NCBI GenBank assembly: GCA_965205265.1
Contig: CBDBGH010000003.1
Span: 1,056,001 to 1,120,000, forward strand
Reading direction: 5' to 3'
Source of the DNA: Alphaproteobacteria bacterium
Lineage (GTDB): Bacteria > Pseudomonadota > Alphaproteobacteria > Bin95
Length of the DNA: 64,000 bases
In this document: positions 1 to 8,491 of the stretch, in pieces
Layout of the letters: every line of letters starts with the position of its first letter
Position numbering within the stretch: the first letter of the stretch is position 1
Notes under the pieces: generated by a model
What the model saw: only the letters and a program-made list of their open reading frames with translations
Told to the model about the DNA's origin: nothing
Database searches by the model: none
Made by a program: the position numbers and the translations under genes

Positions 1-793
1 GGGCATGGATGTCCTGGTCCGGGCCGCGCAGGACCGCGTCCTCGCCGACGGCGGGGGCAAGCTCTTCGACGGCCTGGAAGGCAGGCCGGAGGAGGAGCAT
101 GCGGTGGACCTGCCGGCGCGGCCCGGCCAGAAGGCGCGCACGGCCCGCATCTCGGTGCGCTTCGGCGCGGTCACGCTCCGGCGTCCGAGGCACCGGGCCG
201 CAGAGCCCGGCACGCCGGAGTCCCAGCCCGTCTTCCTCGTCGAGGCGCGCGAACGCGACCCGCCTGCGGGGGTGCCGCCTGCGCACTGGCGGCTGCTGAC
301 CAGCCACCGGGTCGAAACGCACGACCAGGCCCGGTGGATCACCCGGCTCTACCGCAGGCGCTGGACGATCGAGCAGCTGTTCCGCACCGTCAAGACCAAG
401 GGCTTCGACATCGAGGCCGTCTCCATGGAGACCGCCCCGTTCCGGGTCCTGTGCGCCATGACGCTCGTCGCCGGCGTCTCCTGCCTGCAACTCGTTCAGG
501 ACAGGGACGGCGAGGGCGCCCGCCCGCTCAGCGACGTCTTCGACGAGGCCGACAGGACCGCCCTCGAAGCTGTCTCGGCCACGCTCGAGGGTGGCACCGA
601 AAGGCAGAAGAACCCACATACGCCGGGCTCGCTGGCCTTCGCCGCCTGGGTCTGCGCACGCCTGGGAGGCTGGACCGGCTACTACGGCAAACCCGGGCCC
701 GTGGTCATGCTGAAAGGGCTCTACGAGTTCAGGGCCATACAGCTCGGCTATAACCTCGCTCTGGAAAGAGCCGGAAATGTGTGAATCCGGTAG
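1..793 (+). mobile_element. IS4 family (IS50/Tn5-like) insertion sequence, right part; left end lies outside the window
   Basis: Transposase ORF runs into a terminal sequence TGTGTGAATCCGGTAG (778-793; reverse complement begins CTA, as in IS50-group ends), followed directly by a truncated palindrome arm. Confidence 0.8.
2..784 (+). CDS. IS4 family transposase, C-terminal part (5' truncated by window)
   Basis: WRLLTS motif, YREK signature YRRRWTIEQLFRTVK, and Tn5-type C-terminal ARLGGWTGYYGKPGP. Confidence 0.92.
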   Translation, partial: GMDVLVRAAQDRVLADGGGKLFDGLEGRPEEEHAVDLPARPGQKARTARISVRFGAVTLRRPRHRAAEPGTPESQPVFLVEARERDPPAGVPPAHWRLLTSHRVETHDQARWITRLYRRRWTIEQLFRTVKTKGFDIEAVSMETAPFRVLCAMTLVAGVSCLQLVQDRDGEGARPLSDVFDEADRTALEAVSATLEGGTERQKNPHTPGSLAFAAWVCARLGGWTGYYGKPGPVVMLKGLYEFRAIQLGYNLALERAGNV

Positions 794-865
794 GACCCCG
801 AGCCGGGGCCTCCATGCAGCGTAGCTCCTGCGGCGCGAGGCCCCGGCTCGGGGGCCGGGGCGACG
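794..865. repeat. CGTC-type REP-like doublet with left arm truncated by the IS
   Basis: Perfect 17-bp inverted repeat CCCCGAGCCGGGGCCTC (796-812) / GAGGCCCCGGCTCGGGG (837-853); right arm continues GCCGGGGCGACG with no partner on the left. Confidence 0.8.
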
Positions 866-901
866 AAATGTGGGGCGAGACCGGCGGCGTTTGACTGCCG
901 C

Positions 902-2023
902 CTACAACGCAGCGTAGCGCCTCAGGTGGTAGTCGTTGTCGCCGAAGCTGCGGTCGATCATGGTGAGGCGCTTGAAATAGTGGCCGGCGGCGTATTCGTC
1001 GGTCATGCCGATGCCGCCGTGAAGCTGGATCGACTGCTGGCCGACGAAGCGGGCCGACTTGCCGATCTGCACCTTGGCGGCGGACATGGCCTTCTTGCGG
1101 GCGTCCGCATCCTCCTCGTCGATGCGCATCGCCGCCATCATCGCCATCGACTTCGCTTCCTCATGCGCGATGAACATGTCCACCATGCGATGCTGCAGCA
1201 CCTGGAAGCGCCCGATGGGCTGGCCGAACTGCTCGCGCGTCTTGAGATATTCGAGCGTCATGTCGTTCAAGGTGCCCATCAGGCCGACCGCCTCCGCCGA
1301 CACGGCTGCAATCGCCCGGTCCACGACTTCCTCCACGGTGCCGAGCCCGCCGTCCACCTCGCCGAGCACATCGCCCGGCGTGTTGTCCAGCGTGACCTCG
1401 CCGGCCCGGAGGCCGTCGGCGGTCGGGTAACCGCGCACCGAAAGGCCGGCCGCATCCCTGTCCACCAGGAAGAGGGTGATGCCCTCCGCATCGCGCGAGC
1501 CGCCGGCCGTGCGCGCCGACACGACGAAGCGGTCCGCCGTCGGCGCGCCGAACACGACGCTCTTCATGCCGGAGAGCCTGTAGCCGCCATTCGCAGCCTC
1601 GGCCCGGACCTCGACATCCTGGAGGTTGTAGCGGGCCTGGCGCTCGGCGAAGGCGAAGGCGAGCTTGCACCTGCCTTCCGCAACGGCGGGCAGGATCTCG
1701 GCCTTCTGCTCTTCGGACCCGGCCGCCGCGACCGCGCCGCCGCCCATGACGACCGTGGAGAGGTAAGGCTCCGCGACCAGACCGTTGCCGATGGCTTCCA
1801 TGACCACCATCGTCTCGACGCCGGACATGCCGAGGCCGCCATGTTCCTCCGGGAAGGGGATGCCGAGCCAGCCGAGCTCCGCGAATTGGGCCCAGTGCTC
1901 GTCGGACCAGCCCTGCTCGGTGGCCACCAATTGGCGCCGCGCCTCGAAGCTGTAGTTCTCGCGCACGAAGCGCTGCACGCTCTCCTGCAGAAGCTGCTGG
2001 TCCTCGGAATAGTCGAAGTCCAT
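902..2023 (-). CDS. Acyl-CoA dehydrogenase, PimD-like small subunit
   Basis: MDFDYSEDQQLLQESVQRF start, REQFGQPIGRFQVLQHRMVDM, QLHGGIGMT; downstream of a PimC-like gene. Confidence 0.9.
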   Translation of the reverse strand: MDFDYSEDQQLLQESVQRFVRENYSFEARRQLVATEQGWSDEHWAQFAELGWLGIPFPEEHGGLGMSGVETMVVMEAIGNGLVAEPYLSTVVMGGGAVAAAGSEEQKAEILPAVAEGRCKLAFAFAERQARYNLQDVEVRAEAANGGYRLSGMKSVVFGAPTADRFVVSARTAGGSRDAEGITLFLVDRDAAGLSVRGYPTADGLRAGEVTLDNTPGDVLGEVDGGLGTVEEVVDRAIAAVSAEAVGLMGTLNDMTLEYLKTREQFGQPIGRFQVLQHRMVDMFIAHEEAKSMAMMAAMRIDEEDADARKKAMSAAKVQIGKSARFVGQQSIQLHGGIGMTDEYAAGHYFKRLTMIDRSFGDNDYHLRRYAAL

Positions 2024-2069
2024 GGCCTGTCCCTGTTCCTTCCCGTCTGCGGGCGCCGTCCGGAGGCTA

Positions 2070-3239
2070 TTAAAGGCCGAGCACGGCCTTGGCGATGATG
2101 TTGCGCTGGATCTCGTTCGAGCCCCCGTAGATGGAGGCCTTGCGCCAGTCGAAATAGCAGGCCGTGGCCCCGGCCGCCTCGCTCGGGCCCACGGGCGGCT
2201 CGTTCCAGCCCCGGGCGAGCGCGCGCTCGATGAAGGGATGCGCGAAATAGCCCTGCGCCTCCATCAGCAGCTCCATCACGTCCTGCTGGATTTCGGTGCC
2301 GCGTATCTTGAGCAGCGAGGCTTCCGCGCCGATCTCGTCATCGGCCTTCTTCGCCGCCACCATACGCAGATAGGACCAGCGCAGGTCCTCCAGCGCGGCG
2401 CCCGTCCCGGCGATGCGGCGGGAGAACTCCGGATCGCGCCCGTCGTCGATCTCCTCCAGCCGGTCGAGGCGCTGGCGGCAGAGCCCGACGCCGGCCGTGC
2501 CGGAGCGCTCATGGCCGAGCAGGTATTTGGCGCAGGTCCACCCCTTGCCCTCGTCGTAAATCCGCTCCGAGACCGGCACGCGGACATCCTCGAAGATCAC
2601 CTCGTTGAAGTCCGACATGCCGCTGAAGCGGTCTATCGGGCGCACCGTGACTCCGGGCAGGCTCATGTCGATCAGGAGGACGGAGATGCCGTCCTGCTTC
2701 TTGCCGGAGCTGTCCGTGCGCACCAGCGCGAAGCACCAGTCCGCCCAGTCGGCGTTGGTCGTCCAGACCTTGCGGCCATTGACGATGTAACGGTCGCCGT
2801 CGCGCACCGCCCGGCAGCCGAGCGAGGCCAGGTCCGAGCCGGAATTCGGCTCCGAATAGCCCTGGCACCAGATGACTTCGCTGGAAAGGATGCCCGGCAG
2901 GTGGCGCGCCTTCTGCTCTTCCGTGCCGAAGGCAAGCAGCACCGGGCCCACCATCTGCGGGCCGAAGGGCACTGGCCCCGGCGCGCAGGCGAGGTAGCTT
3001 TCCTCCTCGAAGATGAACCGCTGCGAGGGTGTCCAGCCGGGCCCGCCCGCGGCTTCCGGCCAGTTGGGGCACATCCAGCCGCGTTCGGAGACGGCGCGCA
3101 TCCAGCCGACGACATCCTCGCGCGTGAGCAGGCTGCCGTCCCTCACCTTGTCGCGCACATCCTGCGGGAGCCGCTCCCGGATGAAGGCGCGCACCTCGTC
3201 GCGGAAGGCGCGGTCTTGCTCAGCAACTTCCATGTGCAT
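2070..3239 (-). CDS. Acyl-CoA dehydrogenase, PimC-like large subunit
   Basis: WCQGYSEPNSGSDLASL, SIYGGSNEIQRNIIAK; start set at MHMEVAE with GAGGGAGG RBS. Confidence 0.9.
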   Translation of the reverse strand: MHMEVAEQDRAFRDEVRAFIRERLPQDVRDKVRDGSLLTREDVVGWMRAVSERGWMCPNWPEAAGGPGWTPSQRFIFEEESYLACAPGPVPFGPQMVGPVLLAFGTEEQKARHLPGILSSEVIWCQGYSEPNSGSDLASLGCRAVRDGDRYIVNGRKVWTTNADWADWCFALVRTDSSGKKQDGISVLLIDMSLPGVTVRPIDRFSGMSDFNEVIFEDVRVPVSERIYDEGKGWTCAKYLLGHERSGTAGVGLCRQRLDRLEEIDDGRDPEFSRRIAGTGAALEDLRWSYLRMVAAKKADDEIGAEASLLKIRGTEIQQDVMELLMEAQGYFAHPFIERALARGWNEPPVGPSEAAGATACYFDWRKASIYGGSNEIQRNIIAKAVLGL

Positions 3240-3316
3240 GATCGTCCCTCCCTCACCCGAGCGGGAGGCTAGGGCCTTAGCCCAGCCGATACAACCCGCC
3301 GCCTCGTCCGCAGTGT

Positions 3317-3799
3317 TCAATCCAGTGAGACCTCGGGAACGAGCCTGAGACCGTTCTTGTTCAATCTGCGCCGCTGAGGAGAATTGCGGGGAATTCGGAT
3401 CTTGTCCGTCGCGAGCCAAAAGTAGCGTTTGTCGGCATTGCTGCGGTCGGCCATCCTGCGCAGATCGTCGCCTTCGCAGGCCAGCCAATCGCGCAGTTGT
3501 TGCAGCTTGGCCAGGACAGGGGCGACTTCGCCCGTCTCGGCCTTGTGGACCTCGATCCAGACAGCCCGCTCAGCGCCGGTCTGCGGCCGGTAGCCGATGC
3601 CATAGTCCCAGCGCGGTGCATTAGCGTATCGGGGTACCGGTCGAAGCGCCGCGTCGAGGTCGATGCTTCCCGTCAACCGGTCGTCATCCGCGCAGGATAC
3701 TCTGCGTCGATGATTTCCCCGAAGAGCCTGCAAACGGGGCCGCCATGCTCCGTTGACGGGAGCCGGAGCCGCCTCTACCGCCCGCCTGAACGCCGTCAT
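3317..3799 (-). CDS. Hypothetical protein (160 aa), possible PD-(D/E)xK-like nuclease, partner of the ABC ATPase
   Basis: ATG overlaps the ATPase stop (ATGA at 3796-3799); motifs SIDLD, PRWDYGIGY, VWIEVHK. Confidence 0.75.
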   Translation of the reverse strand: MTAFRRAVEAAPAPVNGAWRPRLQALRGNHRRRVSCADDDRLTGSIDLDAALRPVPRYANAPRWDYGIGYRPQTGAERAVWIEVHKAETGEVAPVLAKLQQLRDWLACEGDDLRRMADRSNADKRYFWLATDKIRIPRNSPQRRRLNKNGLRLVPEVSLD

Positions 3800-4959
3800 C
3801 CCCGCGCGTCTGCCCGGTTCGCAACCTCGGCCACAATGTCCCCCGCATGGCCGGAAAATTCCGTCAAGCCGCCCCAGCCGCTCTGCGCCTCGTCCTCCGA
3901 GCCGGGGTCGAGTTCGGAAATATCCCGAACCCTGCCGTCGCGGGCGAAATAGTAGGTTTTCAGCATTCCGTTCAGCGCAGCCTCGGCAATGCCTCGCGTC
4001 GCCGGGTTCAGGGGCAGGTTCAGAAGGCGGGTAACGTCCCTCGCAGTCCCGCCGTTCTCCTGGAGGAAACGGAGCGCCCAGACCATATCCAGCACATGAG
4101 GCGAATGGGTGGAAAGGCAAACGCGGTATTCGCGCCGCAACAGTTCCAGCACAAGATTCAGGACCGCGTTAATGGCGTTCGGATGCAGCCCGGTTTCCGG
4201 CTCCTCGACCACGACCCATTCGACGTCATTCCGGCGCGGTGTCGCGGCGGGCGGTAGCAGCCAATACAAGCCGAGAAGCAAAGGTACGAACTCTCGCTGC
4301 CCGGCAGACCATACCGAATAGGGGAGCGGGCGACCCCTCCTTCGCTGCAGGATCAGACGGCTTTGGTGACCGGAGGTGTCGGAGCGCAAGCCGAAGCGGC
4401 CGAAGATGTGCGTTGCGAGCGGGTCCCGGAGCGCTACATTCAGGCGCCCTTGTCGTGGAAAAACACTCTGGTTCAGGCCGATTTCCGTTTGCACGATCCA
4501 GTGCAGCTTGTCGCTGAAATCTCTCAATACGAAAGGGTCTCCGGCCCGGTAATCGCTGAACGGTCGCGTCATGCCGTCCCGCAGGCTCATCACCCGCTGC
4601 GCCGGGATATAGAACATGCTTTCTTGAGCGCTTCCGGACCTGCGGCTGCGGCCGTAGCTGCCCAAGTCCGTATCGTTTCTTGCATTGCCGAGCGTCAGAC
4701 GGCTGCTTTCAGCGTTCCATACAGCCGACATGCCCTCGCCCAGATAGAGATCGAGAAAGGCGGCGAAGTCGCTGCGCCACGTCATTCCGAAGCGCTGCAT
4801 GGTTTCGTGAATTGCGTGCTTGTCCTGAAGCAGTTTCAGAATCTGGAGAAAAATGCTCTTGCCGGTGGCCTGCGGCCCGACGAATACGGTCAGGTTGCCC
4901 AACCGGATGTCGGCCTCGCGGATCGGCCCGATATTACGCGCCCTTATCCGCTCGACCAT
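3796..4959 (-). CDS. AAA_15/AAA_21-type soluble ABC ATPase
   Basis: N-terminal NIGPI, Walker A GPQATGKS, YIPAQR, signature WSAGQ, Walker B/D-loop VVVEEPETGLHP, H-loop STHS; no TM partner. Confidence 0.92.
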   Translation of the reverse strand: MVERIRARNIGPIREADIRLGNLTVFVGPQATGKSIFLQILKLLQDKHAIHETMQRFGMTWRSDFAAFLDLYLGEGMSAVWNAESSRLTLGNARNDTDLGSYGRSRRSGSAQESMFYIPAQRVMSLRDGMTRPFSDYRAGDPFVLRDFSDKLHWIVQTEIGLNQSVFPRQGRLNVALRDPLATHIFGRFGLRSDTSGHQSRLILQRRRGRPLPYSVWSAGQREFVPLLLGLYWLLPPAATPRRNDVEWVVVEEPETGLHPNAINAVLNLVLELLRREYRVCLSTHSPHVLDMVWALRFLQENGGTARDVTRLLNLPLNPATRGIAEAALNGMLKTYYFARDGRVRDISELDPGSEDEAQSGWGGLTEFSGHAGDIVAEVANRADARG

Positions 4960-5030
4960 GGTTTCGAGGCCTCCGAAACGCCCGCCTCCATCCTAGCCGC
5001 CGCAGGGTGAACCGCAAGCGCAAGCTTCGG

Positions 5031-5366
5031 TCAGAACATCCGGCCGCCGTCGGGGACCGGGCGTTCGGGGGCGAGGAGGACGACCTCGCCGTCTTTGTCC
5101 GGGAAGCCCAGCACCAGCACTTCCGACATGAACTTGCCGATCTGCTTTGCCGGGAAATTGACCACGCCCGCCACCTGGCGCCCGACCAGCGCTTCGGGGT
5201 CGTAGTGGACGGTCAACTGGGCGGAGGTCTTGCGCTCGCCGATCTCCGGGCCGAAATCGACCCAGAGCTTGATCGAGGGCCGGCGCGCCTCGGGGTAGGG
5301 CTCCGCGCGCGTGACGGTGCCGACCCGGATATCGACCTTCAGAAAATCCTCGAACGCTATCGTCAC
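5031..5366 (-). CDS. csaA: tRNA-binding protein / chaperone CsaA
   Basis: FEDFLKVDIRVGTV, SAQLT, VVNFPAKQIGKFMSEVLVLG; GTG start. Confidence 0.92.
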   Translation of the reverse strand: MTIAFEDFLKVDIRVGTVTRAEPYPEARRPSIKLWVDFGPEIGERKTSAQLTVHYDPEALVGRQVAGVVNFPAKQIGKFMSEVLVLGFPDKDGEVVLLAPERPVPDGGRMF

Positions 5367-5456
5367 CCTCGTTCCCCCCACCCCGGAGCGGCGCGGACCA
5401 TGGCGCAGGAGCGGCCCCGCCGCAAGACACCCTGTTGCCGGTAGGCGGGACTGCCT

Positions 5457-5633
5457 TCAGGCGTCGTCTTCGGGAACGTCGAGGCGCTTGCCGTCGAGTT
5501 CCCGCTCGCGGCGGGGGCCATCCGGGTCCGGACGGGCTGCGCCCTGCCGAGCGCGCCGCTCCTTCGCCTTCCTCTTCCTGGAGGCGCGCGTTGCAGCCTT
5601 ACGCGCCTTGTTCAGATTGACGATCTCCGCCAC
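5457..5633 (-). CDS. DUF4169 family small protein
   Basis: (M)AEIVNLNKARK...LDGKRLD pattern; usual neighbour of asmA in Alphaproteobacteria. Confidence 0.7.
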   Translation of the reverse strand: MAEIVNLNKARKAATRASRKRKAKERRARQGAARPDPDGPRRERELDGKRLDVPEDDA

Positions 5634-5698
5634 CGGCCTGTCCGCTTCGTGTAGATTCCGGCTTTCGCCGGCCGGGACCCTATCACCGCGGAGGCGCA

Positions 5699-8491
5699 AT
5701 GCGCAGACTTTCCGTCATCGCGATGGTCGTCGTGCTGGCCGCCAGCGGTCTTGCGGCCATTGCGTGGCAGGGTCCGCGCGCCCTCGACTGGTCCCATCTG
5801 GAACCGCGCCTCCAGGAGGCGCTGGGCCGGGAGGTTTCCCTGGACGGCCCGGTCCGGCTGGACCTCTTGCCAAGGCCCGTTTTGACGGTCGGCGGCATCT
5901 CCGCCATCGACATCAGCGTGAGGGAAGCGAGGGCGGTTCTGGATATCGGAGCCCTGCTCGCCGGCAGCCTCGAGATCGACAGGCTGGAGTTCTCCGGCGT
6001 CGAACTAACCTTCGACCGGTCCTTTGTGAGGCCGCTGCCGCCGCTTGCCGCGCAGCACATCCGTTTCGAGGACAGCAGCATCGCTTTCGGAAAGGCGCTC
6101 GTGCCGGTCGAAACCGCGACATTGACGGTCAGGGGTTCCGAAGGCCCGTATCGGCTGGAAGCGAAGGCGGCGCTGGAGGGGCGGCGAATCGATATCGCGG
6201 CCTCGGTCGGGAAATGGCGGGACCGCACGTCCGTCACCGTCTCGGTCGGCGATGGCGGCATTGAGGCGGTTGCCGTGGGCGCGGTCGAGAAGAACCCGGC
6301 GGCCGGCTTTGTCTTCTCCGGGCGGTTCTCCCTGCGAGGAGCCGCCGGATCGGCGTGGGCCGGCACATTCGATTCGGAGTTTCTGCTCGGTCCCGACGGG
6401 GCCCGCTTCACGGGCATCGATGCCGTGGTGGCGGACCAGCGTTTCACCGGCGCGATTCGGGCGGACTGGCGGGGGGGGACCGAGATCGATGCGCGCCTCT
6501 CGACGCGCACGCTGCTTTTCGACAGGTGGCGCGACCTGCTGCCGCAACTCGTCGGTTCGACATCGAGCGCGAGCCTGCGGCTTGCGCTCGATGCCGGCGC
6601 GGTCAAGTTCGGCGACCGGACGGCGCGGAGGGTCGAAGCGGCGTTCCGCACCGATGCGGACGGGTTCCGGATGGAACGGCTGGCAGCAGCGCTGCCGGGT
6701 GGAACGCGGCTGGAAATGGCCGGAGAGGGCCATGAGAGCGCCGCCTTCTCGCTGAAGACCGGAAACCTGCGCGCCCTGCTGCGCTGGCTCGGGATTCGCC
6801 CCGGCGCCGTTGAGGAGGCGCGCCTGCGCGGCCTGGAAGCGGACGGACGGCTGCGGCTCGCCGGGCGCGGGGTTTCGCCGGAGGCGCTGCGGGCGCGGTT
6901 GGAAAGCGCCGATTTCGCGCTAGAGGAGGTTCGCGGGCGCATCGACGGCGCCCGGATCGAAGGCGGTTTCGGGCGGCAGGGGGGGCAATTCGAAGCCCGG
7001 CTGGAGGCCGAAGGCCTGCCGCTCGACGCCTACAGGCCGGCATTCGAGGGCCGCGACCTGTATCCGGGCAGGCTGCATCTGGACCTTGCGCGGACGCGGC
7101 TGCTCGGCGTCCCCGTCGCCAGGCTGCAATTGGCCGCCGAACGGGCAGAGAACGGAGAGATCGTTCTGGCCCGGCTGGCCGTCGAGGATGCAGGCGGCCT
7201 CTCGGGCGAGGCGAGCGGCAGGTTTGGCGGTGAAGCCGCCTCGTTCGAAGTCGCGGGCCGGACGACCGACCTCGACCGCAGCGCCCGCCTTTACGGCTTC
7301 CCGCTCCCCGTTGTCGCGCGGGGTTTGGGCGCCGTCGAGTTCGAAGGCCGCGGCGACGGCCTGCCGGACCTGCTGCCGATAGACTTCCGCGCCGATGCCG
7401 GCGGCCGGACGCTGCGCCTCTCGGGCGAGCTCGCCGAGCGGAGGCGCTTCACGGGGCGCGTCGAGTTCGAAGGTCCGCTGCCGCCGGTCTTGCGGCTGTC
7501 CGGCAACGACAGGCCCGCACTGGCGGCGGCGTCGGTGTCGGCCGGGCGCGACCGCGCCGATTTCACGGATATCGATCTTCGTCTCGGCACGGCCCGGATG
7601 CAGGGGAGCGCCTCTCTCTCGCTGGACGGCGAGCGGCCGGCGGCGCGGGTCGCGCTGACGGCGGTCCGCGTCGATTTGCCGGCGCCTTCCCCGAATGTCC
7701 CGGTCTGGCGGCGCAGGCCGTTCGAGACCGGCCGCTTCGGCGCGTTCGACCTGGAGCTGGAGCTCGGGGCGGATTCGCTCGGCATCGGCGGGGAGGTGCT
7801 GGAAGACGTGAAGCTCGACCTTTCGCTCTCGCCCGAGGCGTGGCTGGTGAAGGCCGCCACGGCGGGCTGGCGCGGCGGGCGGCTCGCGTTCGACGGCTAC
7901 CTGACAGGAGCGGGCCGCGCGCTGCTGAAAATGAGAGTGCGCGATGCCGTCCTGCCGGAGCGCATGGGTTTCGGACCGAGCGGCGCCCGGACCGGCGGGT
8001 TCCTCGGTTTCGCGGCCGAAGGCCGCAGCCTGCACGATATGGTCTCCACGCTTTCCGGCACGGCAAGCTTGGATTTCTCCGGCGGGCGTCTGGCCGGCGT
8101 CGCTGCAGCGGCCGCGCGATCCGCCCTGGAGGGTGCGCCCACTTCAGCGGAATTGCTGCGCCGATTGCGGAACGCGCTGGTTTCGGGCGACAGCCCGCTC
8201 GTCTCCGGACGCCTCGAGGCCCGCATCCGGGGCGGCGTCGCAGAGCCGGTCGCCGGGAGCTTCGCCCTTCCGGGCGGGCAAGTTGCGATTTCCGGGTCGG
8301 CGGATCTCCGGCGCCGGCTGGTCGATCTCACCGGGCGGGTTGCTTTCCCCGACAGGCCGGATGCGCCGCCGCTCGGATTCTCGATTGCCGGTCCGCTTCA
8401 CGATCCCGACCGCCGGCCGGAAGTCGGGGCCGTGGAGGCCATCCTGCTGACCGGGGGCCTGGCGGGGCTCGTCAGATCGAACGCGAACTGA
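5699..8491 (+). CDS. AsmA family protein
   Basis: N-terminal membrane anchor, ALGREVSLDGPVRLDLLPRP AsmA N-domain, beta-rich repeats, AsmA-like C-terminus. Confidence 0.85.
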   Translation: MRRLSVIAMVVVLAASGLAAIAWQGPRALDWSHLEPRLQEALGREVSLDGPVRLDLLPRPVLTVGGISAIDISVREARAVLDIGALLAGSLEIDRLEFSGVELTFDRSFVRPLPPLAAQHIRFEDSSIAFGKALVPVETATLTVRGSEGPYRLEAKAALEGRRIDIAASVGKWRDRTSVTVSVGDGGIEAVAVGAVEKNPAAGFVFSGRFSLRGAAGSAWAGTFDSEFLLGPDGARFTGIDAVVADQRFTGAIRADWRGGTEIDARLSTRTLLFDRWRDLLPQLVGSTSSASLRLALDAGAVKFGDRTARRVEAAFRTDADGFRMERLAAALPGGTRLEMAGEGHESAAFSLKTGNLRALLRWLGIRPGAVEEARLRGLEADGRLRLAGRGVSPEALRARLESADFALEEVRGRIDGARIEGGFGRQGGQFEARLEAEGLPLDAYRPAFEGRDLYPGRLHLDLARTRLLGVPVARLQLAAERAENGEIVLARLAVEDAGGLSGEASGRFGGEAASFEVAGRTTDLDRSARLYGFPLPVVARGLGAVEFEGRGDGLPDLLPIDFRADAGGRTLRLSGELAERRRFTGRVEFEGPLPPVLRLSGNDRPALAAASVSAGRDRADFTDIDLRLGTARMQGSASLSLDGERPAARVALTAVRVDLPAPSPNVPVWRRRPFETGRFGAFDLELELGADSLGIGGEVLEDVKLDLSLSPEAWLVKAATAGWRGGRLAFDGYLTGAGRALLKMRVRDAVLPERMGFGPSGARTGGFLGFAAEGRSLHDMVSTLSGTASLDFSGGRLAGVAAAAARSALEGAPTSAELLRRLRNALVSGDSPLVSGRLEARIRGGVAEPVAGSFALPGGQVAISGSADLRRRLVDLTGRVAFPDRPDAPPLGFSIAGPLHDPDRRPEVGAVEAILLTGGLAGLVRSNAN

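Noticed and set aside
3240-3488. Long N-terminal extensions in the ORF track for the PimC-like gene (also soxA, soxD, the carboxylase, lysA, MR and the helicase)
   Set aside because: Extensions overlap neighbouring genes or lack homologous character; downstream starts fit family N-termini, RBSs and stop/start overlaps.
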